Source: Candidatus Poribacteria bacterium
Lineage (GTDB): Bacteria > Poribacteria > WGA-4E > WGA-3G
Assembly: GCA_965214095.1 (NCBI GenBank)
Contig: OZ243938.1
Location: 4,992,001 to 5,056,000 of the forward strand
Length of the DNA stretch: 64,000 nt
Direction of reading: 5' to 3'
Both the position numbers and the translations under genes were made by a program. Within the stretch, counting starts at the first letter, position 1. Each line of letters opens with the position of its first letter. The notes below the pieces were generated by a model. That model ran no database searches. It saw only the letters and a list, made by a program, of their open reading frames with translations, and was not told the DNA's origin. Positions 1-9,196 of the stretch are shown one piece after another.

Positions 1-450
1 GGGATACTCAGTGCAGGTCCCGAACGTCTGGAAGCCGTTGGACATACAGGTTTACCACAAGTGATCGCACCTGGTGCATTGGACATGGTTAACTTCGGTC
101 CTCCCGACACTGTGCCAGAGAAGTTTGACAAACGACATTTCTATCAACACAATCCAACAGTCACACTGATGCGGACAACTGCCGAAGAAACTGCAGAGTT
201 AGGAAAAATCATGGCTCAGAAACTCAATGCAGCGAAGGGACCAACAACTGTCCTCATACCAACGCAAGGTGTATCTGCTATTGATAAAAAAGGACAACCA
301 TTTGACTCACCTGAAGCACGAGACGCGTGGCGAGAAAATCTAAAAGCACACATCAACGAAAACGTTACAGTTATTGAGATGGACGCACATATCAACGATG
401 ACAAATTCGCTACCAAACTTGCAGAGACATTGTTAGACAATTTAAAATAA
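1..450 (+). CDS. Tm-1-like ATP-binding domain protein (UPF0261), 5'-truncated by window edge
   Basis: Frame is open from base 1: GILSAGPERLEAVG...PQVIAPGALDMVNFG...HNPTVTLMRTT...HIND, motifs typical of UPF0261/Tm-1. Confidence 0.85.
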   Translation, partial: GILSAGPERLEAVGHTGLPQVIAPGALDMVNFGPPDTVPEKFDKRHFYQHNPTVTLMRTTAEETAELGKIMAQKLNAAKGPTTVLIPTQGVSAIDKKGQPFDSPEARDAWRENLKAHINENVTVIEMDAHINDDKFATKLAETLLDNLK

Positions 451-460
451 GAGAATATAT

Positions 461-1351
461 ATGACAAAAACCTATAAAACACTTACGCAATCAGATGTGG
501 AGCATTTCGTTCAGAAGGGACATGTTGTCCTGAAAAACTGCTTTTCACACGAATTAGCTGCAGAGTGGCGTGCTTATGCCTTCAAACGTCTCGGTTATTC
601 CCCTGATGACCCAGAAACTTGGGAACAGCCTCGTATACATTTGTCCTCAATGAATCGTTTGTCGATTCGTGAAATTGCCCCAAGGGCATGGGATGCTATA
701 TGTGACTTACTCGGTGGTGAAGATAGGATTGCCAATACAAAACCTTCGTGGGGTGATGGTTTTATCATCAATTTCGCATTAGGGGCAGATACAGAATGGC
801 AACCCCCAGAGTCACACTACTCAGGTTGGCATAAAGATGGTGATTTCTTCAGACACTTCCTGGATAGTCCTGAACAAGGATTACTAACAATCGTTGTTTG
901 GTCAGATATTCTGCCAAAAAGCGGTGGCACGTTTGTCGCATGTGATTCGGTGCAACATGTCGCACAACATCTATATGCTCATCCAGAAGGTTTGCTACCG
1001 GGACAAGGTTTCGGTCAGTTGTATCAGAAATGTCAGGACTTTGTGGAAATTACGGGGAATGCGGGTGATGTTGTTCTCTTGCATCCGTTTATCTTACATT
1101 CTGCATCACAGAACCCATCGGGACGCGCCCGATTTATCACGAATCCACCCGTTGCACTCAAAGCACCGATGAATTTCAATCGTGACAACCCCGATGATTT
1201 CTCACCTGTGGAGTTAGCAGTCTTACGAGGGTTAGGGAAAGAACGTTTAGATTTCAAACCAGCAGCACCAAGAGAAAAATTAGTGCCGGAACGCGTAAAA
1301 CGCCAGAAGCAGATGTTGGATGAGCAGAAAAAACGACTTGCAATGGGGTAA
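461..1351 (+). CDS. Phytanoyl-CoA dioxygenase (PhyH) family Fe(II)/2OG dioxygenase
   Basis: N-terminal LTQSDVEHFVQKGHVVLKNCF, WHKDG iron motif, GNAGDVVLLHPFILHSAS..N. Confidence 0.8.
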   Translation: MTKTYKTLTQSDVEHFVQKGHVVLKNCFSHELAAEWRAYAFKRLGYSPDDPETWEQPRIHLSSMNRLSIREIAPRAWDAICDLLGGEDRIANTKPSWGDGFIINFALGADTEWQPPESHYSGWHKDGDFFRHFLDSPEQGLLTIVVWSDILPKSGGTFVACDSVQHVAQHLYAHPEGLLPGQGFGQLYQKCQDFVEITGNAGDVVLLHPFILHSASQNPSGRARFITNPPVALKAPMNFNRDNPDDFSPVELAVLRGLGKERLDFKPAAPREKLVPERVKRQKQMLDEQKKRLAMG

Positions 1352-1352
1352 C

Positions 1353-2429
1353 TTACTCATCTTTTTCAGACTCTAACTGTGCCTTCTGCCACCCATAATC
1401 CACATTACCATCATAAAACTTGTCAGGATTTTCTACTGCCCAAATCTGCTTATGGATAATCCAATTTTTAGGGTCTAATGCCAGTGCCTTTCTCCATTCC
1501 ACCATCGCTTCTGTCTTTTTCCCTATCTCTAACAAGGTCCGTCCAAGTTGAAAACGCGCATTTGCCTCAATAACTTTTGGATTTGGCGATTTATTTGGAT
1601 GTTTAGCACTACTTAGTAATGTTGCGTTATAGGTAGGATCGGATATCCATCTCTCAAGCATTTCTATTGTTTCTTTTTTTGCAACGTTAATACTAAATGG
1701 AAATTTAACCAACCGTCCTGCTTCGTCAATCATAACACCATAGGGAATTGCCTTTAGGTTGAAGAGATTCCCAAGAATATTCTGCGAATCGACAAGCGTG
1801 ATAAATTCAGCATTAGCTTTGTCATGCCAGGGACGTACGACAGACGCACCTTGGGCATCTATAGCAATGGAGACAATATTTAGTTTATCACGATGCTCTG
1901 CGTAAAACTTCTGCCATCCAGACAGTTGTCCACGGCATGCTCACCATGAACCCCAAATGTAGAGAAACGTTTTCTTTCCGCGAAAATCTTGCAAACGTTT
2001 TGGTGTACCGTCAAGATCAGACAGTGTAAATTTAGGGGTAAGTCGTTCTGGTCTAACTATCTCTAATTCGGTTTCGGAGGCTTTATATATTTCAAAACCG
2101 AACGGTTCAGTCATGTCTTCAAGTTTTGCGTAAGTTACATTGTCAATGCTGAATGCACGCTCACCCAATTGGAGTGGCACACACAATTCCGATTCTCCAC
2201 TACCACAGATGACGATCATCTCCTCCCCATCAGGTGTCTCAACCTTTAAACCTAACTGCTTACAGAGAGTTTCAATCGGAACTAACCACGTCCCATTCTT
2301 GAAAATAGGAGATGTAGAGAATGTGATTAGTTTGCTGTCAATTGAAACTTTCAGATTGCGAACAGGTGATGCATGCAATCCTGCCGCAAGGGACAGTATA
2401 ATACAAGTGGTGAGCATTAGTTTTGTCAT
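1353..2429 (-). CDS. Putative selenoprotein: signal peptide + copper-amine-oxidase-N-like domain + TlpA/Prx-like redoxin (U-x-C) + TPR-like tail, 358 aa with in-frame UGA at 1943-1941
   Basis: ORFs 1941..2429 and 1353..1733 are in the same frame; the 69 codons between them are stop-free and complete a thioredoxin fold: PKFTLSDLDG...FRGKKTFLYIWGSW-U-ACRGQLSGWQKFY...NIVSIAID...TLVDSQN...AIPYGVMIDEAGRLV. Confidence 0.85.
1906..1940 (-). promoter_or_regulatory. Candidate bacterial SECIS element
   Basis: After UGA: GCAUGCCGUGGACAA-CUGUC-UGGAU-GGCAG-AAGUU; stem CUGUC/GGCAG with loop UGGAU (G at second loop position) starting 21 nt after UGA; folded by eye. Confidence 0.55.
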
Positions 2430-2794
2430 GGTGCGCTTTTCTCCCGATGTTGTGCATCATAAGTTAAGAATTTGATTATCTGTTCAGCGGTCTTTGGGGT
2501 GAGTCCGGACCCTGGTTTTCGCATCATCTTATGCACATAGTGTCGCCATTCCTCAGCCTTAAAGTTGGAATTAATCGGACGTGCAACGGTATGGCATCTG
2601 CTGCATCTCCGAGTGAAGACAGCGTAAAGCGTTTGCATCTCCTCTGGATATTCTGAAACATCAATAAAGTTTGGTCCATCATCTGCTGGATATGTATTAG
2701 GGGCAGTCCGCGGTACGCGTAAGGCATAGTACATGCCAAAACCTACCAGAATGAGAATAACTATAACGACAACCCAAACAATAGCCTGTTGCAA
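2426..2794 (-). CDS. Membrane-anchored monoheme c-type cytochrome
   Basis: N-terminal TM helix, CSRCH heme motif, downstream KMMRKPG candidate distal Met; ATGA overlap with the selenoprotein gene. Confidence 0.8.
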   Translation of the reverse strand: MQQAIVWVVVIVILILVGFGMYYALRVPRTAPNTYPADDGPNFIDVSEYPEEMQTLYAVFTRRCSRCHTVARPINSNFKAEEWRHYVHKMMRKPGSGLTPKTAEQIIKFLTYDAQHREKSAP

Positions 2795-2964
2795 TTCTTA
2801 GTGCCTTTCAAACTCGTTACTAATAGCATTGATGAAAACCAATGAGAAAATTGCTTCACGATTACTCATCGTGTTCACTCAGAATTTGCCTAAATTCATT
2901 GGCATTTTCTACTTGAATTGCAGCGCGAAATAACAACTCAAGTCGTTGTATATCATCAAGAATA

Positions 2965-4812
2965 TCAAACGACATCTTTCACCTTCTGCACAATAGCATT
3001 GGCACTAATCCCATGCAATTCCAATAACTCCTCAGGTTTGCCAGAACGTGGTATGCCTGTAACAGCAAGTTTATGTACACGGACATCTTCAGTCGAAACA
3101 GCATCCAACACCGCATCCCCTAAACCGCCTTCAGGATAGTGGTCCTCAACGGTTATGAGGGTATTGTTTGTTTCTGCTGCAGCAGATAATAGGGTTTCCG
3201 TATCAACAGGTTTGACAGAATACAGATCAATAATACGGACATTGACACCTTCATTCGCAAGTATATCGTGTGCTTTTAATGCCTCGTGAAGTGTGACACC
3301 CGCGGTAACGATGGTCGCTTTATCCTCAGCACTCTCACGAACTACCTTACAACCACCGATAGGAAATTTATCTGTAGCATCGTAAAGCATCGTAGTTTTT
3401 GGACGGGAAGTGCGAATATAGACGATACCTTGGTGTGCAGCAGCTTCTGCTATAAGACGTTCCGCAGCGACAGCATCGCTTGGATATAACACGACAGACT
3501 CAGGGATCGCTCGGAACATGGCGATGTCTTCTAAACCCATCTGTGAAGGTCCATCTTCACCAATTGAGACACCACAATGAGAACCCGCATATTTGATATT
3601 GGCTTGTGAAATCGCAGACATACGAATTTGGTCATACGCACGCGATAGAAATGCTGCAAATGTGGAAACAAACGGAATCTTTCCACGTTTCGCCAATCCA
3701 ATTCCTGCTCCTACCAAGTTCTGCTCCGCAATGAACATTTCAAAGAATCGATCCGGAAAACGGTCCATGAACTGATCGGCATAAGTAGAGTTTTTGGTGT
3801 CTCCATCCAGCGCGACAACGTTTGGATTCGCAGCACCAAGTTTTGCCAAGCCTATGCCGTAACCACCGCGAGTTGCTACCTCTTCGTCAGCAGCGTAATC
3901 TGGTGGTTCACATGCTTTAATCTTAGTAGGTTCGCTATCTATCGGACTTGGAGCTTCTATGTCAACTGAAATATCTGTGTGTAGCGGTCCGAGTTCTTCT
4001 AATGCCTTATCAAGTTGTTCACCTTTAGCAACAGCCTTCCCGTGCCAGTTGTCTTCATTTTCAAGGAAGGATACTCCCTTACCCTTATATGTTTTTGCAA
4101 CAATCATGGTGGGTTTATCAGTTGATGTCTTCGCTCTCTCTAATGCGGATAAAATCTCATCATAATCGTGTCCATCAATACCGATTGTTTGCCATCCGAA
4201 TGCCTCAAAACGATTACAATACGTATCAATATCATGAGCATACATAGTCCGTTGGCTCTGTCCAAGAGCGTTTACATCTACAATTCCGATAAGGTTATTC
4301 AACTTGTAATGTGAGGCTAATGCAGCAGCTTCCCAAACACCACCTTCAGCGGTTTCACCATCACCGAGTAATACATAGACACGGTAATCGGATTTGTCCA
4401 AATATTTTCCGTTCAGTGCCATGCCGAGTCCAAGCGACAATCCTTGTCCGAGCGACCCAGTCGCCACCTCTGTCCAATCAAAACGTGGCGTTGGATGTCC
4501 TTCAAGAATACTATCAATCTGTCGAAGTGTTTGCAGATCATCTGTTGGGATGATACCTGCTTCAGCATAAGCAGCATAAAGTAGTGGTGCGGCATGTCCT
4601 TTTGATAAGATAAACCGGTCATTGTTCGGGTTTTGCGCGTCTGCACAGTCATAACGCATCACATGAAAAAACAGCGCAGAAACAATATCTGCTGCCGAAA
4701 GGCAGGTGGTTGGATGTCCTGAACCTGCCTCTGATGTTGATAAAATAGAGTGTATACGTAAGTTAGTTGCTTTTCTTTTAAGAAGATTCTTCAATGTGTC
4801 CACAAATTTCAA
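2965..4812 (-). CDS. tkt: Transketolase (single-chain, 615 aa)
   Basis: SGHPTT, DRFILSKGHAAP, EGHPTP, ATGSLGQG, GDGE...EG..WEA TPP motif, IAEQ, GEDGPSQM; RBS AAGGA before TTG. Confidence 0.95.
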   Translation of the reverse strand: MKFVDTLKNLLKRKATNLRIHSILSTSEAGSGHPTTCLSAADIVSALFFHVMRYDCADAQNPNNDRFILSKGHAAPLLYAAYAEAGIIPTDDLQTLRQIDSILEGHPTPRFDWTEVATGSLGQGLSLGLGMALNGKYLDKSDYRVYVLLGDGETAEGGVWEAAALASHYKLNNLIGIVDVNALGQSQRTMYAHDIDTYCNRFEAFGWQTIGIDGHDYDEILSALERAKTSTDKPTMIVAKTYKGKGVSFLENEDNWHGKAVAKGEQLDKALEELGPLHTDISVDIEAPSPIDSEPTKIKACEPPDYAADEEVATRGGYGIGLAKLGAANPNVVALDGDTKNSTYADQFMDRFPDRFFEMFIAEQNLVGAGIGLAKRGKIPFVSTFAAFLSRAYDQIRMSAISQANIKYAGSHCGVSIGEDGPSQMGLEDIAMFRAIPESVVLYPSDAVAAERLIAEAAAHQGIVYIRTSRPKTTMLYDATDKFPIGGCKVVRESAEDKATIVTAGVTLHEALKAHDILANEGVNVRIIDLYSVKPVDTETLLSAAAETNNTLITVEDHYPEGGLGDAVLDAVSTEDVRVHKLAVTGIPRSGKPEELLELHGISANAIVQKVKDVV

Positions 4813-4918
4813 TCATCCTTTCTTTTATCATATCTTCGGTGTCAAGACCCCGTTGCTTTAGCACGGGGATGTAGACACCGCTCCTATTGTGTGTCAAGAA
4901 AAAACTTGCCTTTTAATC

Positions 4919-5918
4919 GAACTCATATTGAGTAAAACATAATAATGCTATATAATAGGGAAACACAAGAGTTTATTTATGTCCTATTCTTTCACTTCAT
5001 ATATCTATAACTTATTGAAAGGTGTTGTTATGGCAGACAAGGTTCAAGAGCCCCTCAGATACAATGGTATTCCGAAGCAGGTTTCACGTAAGGATTTTAA
5101 TCGTTATATCAAACCTCATCTAAAGAAACGCATAAAAGGTCCCAAACCGAAACTGTCTTTCTATAAGATATTCAACTATATCCTCTATGTTTTACATACC
5201 GGTATTCAATGGGATCAACTCCGCACACGGCGTAATGAACTCCATTGGTCTAACGTCTATAAATGGCATAATCGTTGGTCAAAAGATGGTTCTTATGAGA
5301 AACTTTTTGAAGCATCTGTCATACATCTTCATGATAGTGATCAACTTGACACCTCTTGTTTACATGGTGATGGTTCAAACACTGTTGTAAAAAAAGGGGT
5401 GACACCATAGGGTATTCAGGTCATAAACATCAAAAAGGTGAAAAAGAGGTGGCTATCACCGACAATAAAGGTTTTATCATTGGTCCAATAACCCTCAAAC
5501 CAGTGAACCAACATGATACAACGATTTTGCCCGAGGCATTGACCGAACTCATCTCCTTCAGCAATCGGATTGGCATGGCACTTGATGGTTCCGCGCTAAC
5601 GCTGGATTCTGGTTTTGATTCCAAGGTGAATCATAAGATTATTAAAGAACAAGGACTGATCCCAGTGATCTACCCTAACAAACGAAACACTAAAGAACCT
5701 ATCGCTATCGCTCGCAAGTTCCGGTGGTTTAGAAAAGATATATACAAAGACCGGTATAAAGTAGAGCGAACTTTCGGGTGGCAAGATACTTACCGAAGAC
5801 TCGTTCTAAGTTATGATAAACTCAAAGAAACACGTTTAGGTTTTCGTAATTTAGCATATTCAATGATAAATTTTCGAGCAACTTTCAACGATGCTTAGAT
5901 GTTACTCGCTATGAGTTC
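4919..5918 (+). mobile_element. IS5-family insertion sequence, 1000 bp, nested in the IS200/IS605 element
   Basis: TIRs GAACTCATAttGAGTAA / TTACTCgcTATGAGTTC (15 of 17 match); 3-bp TSD ATC at 4916-4918 and 5919-5921; own promoter TTGAGT-17-TATAAT at 4928-4956. Confidence 0.9.
5030..5898 (+). CDS. IS5-family DDE transposase expressed by -1 frameshift at A7G (5389-5396)
   Basis: OrfA (ILYVLHTGIQWDQL...WHNRWSKDG...HGDGS) ends just after GTA AAA AAA GGG; the -1 frame continues GDTIGYSGHKHQKGEK...LDSGFDS...RYKVERTFGW. Confidence 0.85.
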
Positions 5919-5940
5919 ATCTAAAAACTAATATAATATC

Positions 5941-6273
5941 TTTAGCAATCGGCATTGGTTGTGATTGATGCTACGGCAGATAGCTAAGCAGTGAAACAAT
6001 CACGTAAAAGCTTTGCTATTCAATACTGCTAAAGTTTTCAAAACATCTGTTGCGTGTTAGGGAAAGAAGTTTCAAAACTCATCCCGTTGATATTCACACG
6101 TGAAAATGTTTCTTAAGACCTCCTTTGGAGGTGCAGTTGGGACATCAACTGTTGGAGTAGGCTTTGTCACTGGAATGCCTGTTAGGTTTTCTAAACAAGG
6201 TCGTTGATACCACAATTGCTTGTGTGATTCTTTCAAAAGAATCACCGGAGTTTTAACTCGGTGAGTATGTCAA
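5941..6273 (+). ncRNA. Structured RNA; 3' half resembles a TnpB omegaRNA (reRNA) scaffold
   Basis: Starts just after TATAAT (5932-5937); no long ORF; many stems (GTGATTG/CAATCAC, AAAGCTTT/AAAGTTTT, AAACAT/ATGTTT, GCGTGT/ACACGT, ACCTCC/GGAGGT, CAGTTG/CAACTG, GTGATTCTTT/AAAGAATCAC); ends at the IS right end. Confidence 0.55.
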
Positions 6274-6863
6274 GAGTGTTTAGCCTTCAATGTTTCTGTG
6301 CGTCGTTGCGCTGCAACTGCAAGATAGTGGTGTTTGCAGGTTTTTGCAAGAGATTCAAATGTTTTGATTGCCTTTGGAATATCATGTGTTTTGACATAAG
6401 ACTCTGCCTGCCAATAAATCGATTTGGCTAATATTTCGTTTGTCGCAGACTGTTTCCTTCTCTGCTTCTTTTCGTTTTTGATAGCATCGCCAAATTTCTC
6501 TATTGCCTGTTCATAGTCATTGTCATCATAGTAAGCGGCAATCGCTTCTGTAAATGCAAGATTGTTTTCTTCTTGTTCGTTAAAAGGTTCGATGTCAATC
6601 GTTTGTCCTAAAATAATTGAAGAGCCTTTGACCGTGCGTTCATCTTCATCATCGTATTCATCATCGTATTCGTCATCTGCTTCATCCACAGCATTCGCGG
6701 CATCTTCTTCATCGTCATCTTTATCAACAACTAACGGATCAAATTCATCCTCATCGGTAAACTCTCTGTTTTGCTCATCCTCAGAGTCGTCCGATATTTC
6801 ATCCTCAGAGTCGTCCAATATTTCATCATCAATACCATCAAGCTCTTCAAGTTTGAACTCCAT
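6270..6863 (-). CDS. Protein with very acidic low-complexity N-terminus and C-terminal TPR-like (CpoB/BamD-like) domain
   Basis: D/E-rich N-terminus with a 21-bp tandem repeat; YEQAIEKF...AKSIYWQAESY...AIKTFESL; RBS GAGGAG before ATG 6863; stop codon lies in the IS right-end TCAA. Confidence 0.75.
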   Translation of the reverse strand: MEFKLEELDGIDDEILDDSEDEISDDSEDEQNREFTDEDEFDPLVVDKDDDEEDAANAVDEADDEYDDEYDDEDERTVKGSSIILGQTIDIEPFNEQEENNLAFTEAIAAYYDDNDYEQAIEKFGDAIKNEKKQRRKQSATNEILAKSIYWQAESYVKTHDIPKAIKTFESLAKTCKHHYLAVAAQRRTETLKAKHS

Positions 6864-6999
6864 CTTACTTCTCCTCATCTGTGATAAATTCTATAGTACA
6901 GTCAAGTATAAATACTTTCCATGTTGTTTTGTCAAATAAGATTTACATATTATATCATATCAAACTTGAGGAGAGATGTCAAGAAAATCTAACGGATTG

Positions 7000-7230
7000 C
7001 AGGGTTATTTAGTTTTAAGTATTTTCCAAAATAGAGATTTACTAAAAGTTTAATACCCTAGACGGTAGGTGCGGTTTCCTAACCGCACATACCAGCTTGA
7101 GGCATTTAGCATTAAGAAAAAACGCGTTCGTAGTCGCGCAATTCATTGCGCCTCTTACATTCATCTGATCGGCACTGTCTATGAAGCACAAGCCCCAACC
7201 TTTAGGTTGCGGGTCACTATGACAAACACA
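7000..7230. repeat. Intergenic repeat mosaic: CAGGGTTATTTAGTTTT MITE end, GTAG-type REPs, IS605-like hairpin remnant
   Basis: cagggttatttagtttt; gtaggtgcggtttcctaaccgcac; gtagtcgcgcaattcattgcgcc (also at ~35040 reverse, ~40225, degenerate ~57180); aagccccaacctttaggttgcggg. Confidence 0.7.
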
Positions 7231-7284
7231 AGGCAAGGATTTCCCAATCTAATAGTGATTTTGTTCTGAAAGTATTAGTTAATG

Positions 7285-8079
7285 CTATAAAACTACTTTG
7301 ATGGATTCAGCTGTCGTGTCATTCCCTATAGTTAACCAATAATGAATCTCGTTGTTACCTTGTTCATCACTAATGGATTTTATGGCGATTTTACTTCCCT
7401 CATGGAACTCACACGCTGAAGATAGAAGCACAAACTGACGCTCCCGTTGTTCATATACGGCAATACCTGAACTTGGACATGGAAATTCGACTAGGTTTAT
7501 AGGAAATTCGTAAATCAGAATTAGTGTTGTGGCCACGGGATCTGTTGAATCAATCGCCTTTGGGTCAAAGATATGTGTTTCCTTATGGAAGAGCTTAACT
7601 TTATCGGTAAGGCCAAGCACTCGTAGCACCTCTGATGCTTCCAAATCAACAATTTTGTTAACTTTTCCGTTAGAATCGCCTTTCAAATTCTCGCCATTCT
7701 CAACCCATCCAATAACGATTTTGCGTGAAGAGTACTGACCTTCAGTGACACTCTTTCCTGTATCTACCGAGAGGAACTCAGTACCTTTAATCATTGAAGC
7801 ACATGCTTCAAGGCACATTAACAAGGATTCAGAATAGATACAGATTTGTCCATTCCGAACGCTTACAGATACATCGTTCTTTTCAAGCGGCACTGCTAAT
7901 ATGGATTCTGCTTCGGTTTTGGTCGTATATAACTGAAAAGTAGCGATCCATCCCGGATTGTCTGTTGTTTCTAGGCTAAAGCCGAAATTATGCTCCCACC
8001 GTCCATCACAACGGGATTGGAACCAATTTTCAATAGTTTTCAGATTTGCTTGCATAAACATTTCACCTTCGCCTTTCAT
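7285..8079 (-). CDS. Immunity protein Imm53-like domain fused to an unknown C-terminal domain
   Basis: IENWFQSRCDGRWEHNFGFSLETTDNPGW fits the Imm53 pattern W(Y/F)..CDG.WEH..G..(I/L).T.DNPGW. Confidence 0.7.
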   Translation of the reverse strand: MKGEGEMFMQANLKTIENWFQSRCDGRWEHNFGFSLETTDNPGWIATFQLYTTKTEAESILAVPLEKNDVSVSVRNGQICIYSESLLMCLEACASMIKGTEFLSVDTGKSVTEGQYSSRKIVIGWVENGENLKGDSNGKVNKIVDLEASEVLRVLGLTDKVKLFHKETHIFDPKAIDSTDPVATTLILIYEFPINLVEFPCPSSGIAVYEQRERQFVLLSSACEFHEGSKIAIKSISDEQGNNEIHYWLTIGNDTTAESIKVVL

Positions 8080-8129
8080 TCACCAAGCATCGCTTTAGGC
8101 GACTTTCGGTGTTAAGATTTTATCAGTGT

Positions 8130-8398
8130 CTAAACAACACTTAGCACCAACCATACACCAAGACCGAAAAGCACGAGTCCCATGCCTACCTTTACGGTTA
8201 CAAGGTGTTTCTGTCCAATACCGCCAAGCTGCATACGGGTTGTGCCCCAATAGACACATCCAAACACAACAAGCAACGGCACAATAAACATAATATTATA
8301 CAGGAGCAGATAGGAAATCGCGTGTGCACGCATACCTTCAATTCCTGCGACAAACGTCAACGTGGGCAAGTGGAGGAAGGGGGCGTGCATACCACCAC
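8130..8398 (-). pseudogene. C-terminal remnant of a CcdA/DsbD-like (cytochrome c biogenesis) membrane protein
   Basis: VCT (frameshifted) then LPTLTFV...AISYLLLYNIMFIVPLLVVF...KVGMGLVLFGLG; N-terminal part missing. Confidence 0.6.
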
Positions 8399-9196
8399 CT
8401 ATTCCACATCCTTTGCACACCGAAACCCATAAGTGGCAAGGCGATGAAATGGTTTATCATAATATAGGTAATCCGATTCAAAATGCCTTCGGAGAGACAT
8501 CCATGCGCCACCGCGAAGGATTTTCAGTGGTCCCGGTTTTGTGCCGGTCGGTTCTGCCTCCAAACGAAAATCCTTGCCTTCATAAGCATCTGAACACCAT
8601 TGCCACACATTGCCGACAAGGTCAAATACACCAACAGGACTCACATTCTTTTCTTGAGTTCCTACAGCATAAGGTGCTAAACGAGCGCGATAATCAATCG
8701 CCTCAAAATCAAATTCATCTCCCCAAGGAAAACGCTGCTTTGTGTTGCCTTGGCAAGCCAGGGTCCACTCCGCAGCAGTCGGCAACCGTGCACCCCGCCA
8801 ATTTGAGTATGCCTCCGCCTCATACCAACTTACACCAGTCACAGGCAATTTCTTACGATTTAGGTATTCCTCATGATACGTAGATGGGACCCAGAATTCA
8901 TACTTTTCAAGGAATTCGCGCCCTTCCTTTGACCAATACTTCTTTTTCTTGTACCCGCCATCCTCAATGAACTGATTATACTGTTCATAAGTTACCAAAT
9001 GTTTGGCAATATAGAAGGTGGAAACAGTGACTGTTTCCTCGGTGTCAAAGGGGTGGACGGTGCCTCCTTCTATCTTTATCATCTCAGGTTCTGTCATCTG
9101 TTGCTCCTTGTTCAGTTCATCTTGCTGTGGACCAGGAAGTTCACATGCCGTGATAATGCTGAACATCATAAATAGTGTCACTGATATATTCTTCAT
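8399..9196 (-). CDS. Lipoprotein with FGE-sulfatase (SUMF1/EgtB/PvdO) domain
   Basis: IITAC lipobox; PVTGVSWYEAEAY..W.G.RLPT.AEW; G.FDLVGNVWQW; RGGAW; GFRCA. Confidence 0.85.
   Translation of the reverse strand: MKNISVTLFMMFSIITACELPGPQQDELNKEQQMTEPEMIKIEGGTVHPFDTEETVTVSTFYIAKHLVTYEQYNQFIEDGGYKKKKYWSKEGREFLEKYEFWVPSTYHEEYLNRKKLPVTGVSWYEAEAYSNWRGARLPTAAEWTLACQGNTKQRFPWGDEFDFEAIDYRARLAPYAVGTQEKNVSPVGVFDLVGNVWQWCSDAYEGKDFRLEAEPTGTKPGPLKILRGGAWMSLRRHFESDYLYYDKPFHRLATYGFRCAKDVE

Larger units (their letters stand above)
4829..6273 (+). mobile_element. Non-autonomous IS200/IS605-family element (no tnpA, no intact tnpB; 442 bp when the nested IS5 is removed)
   Basis: TTAT target at 4825-4828; guide AAGA at +16..+19 directly before hairpin CCCCGT-TGCTTTAGC-ACGGGG; right end GAAT at -35..-32, hairpin TCACCG(G)AGTT-TT-AACTCGGTGA and terminal TCAA at 6270-6273; no TSD. 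Confidence 0.85.

Noticed and set aside
5941-6132. Group I intron (IStron), hammerhead, pistol or raiA-motif identity for the structured RNA
   Set aside because: Could not find the conserved P7/R-S, CUGANGA or other core sequences by eye; left unassigned
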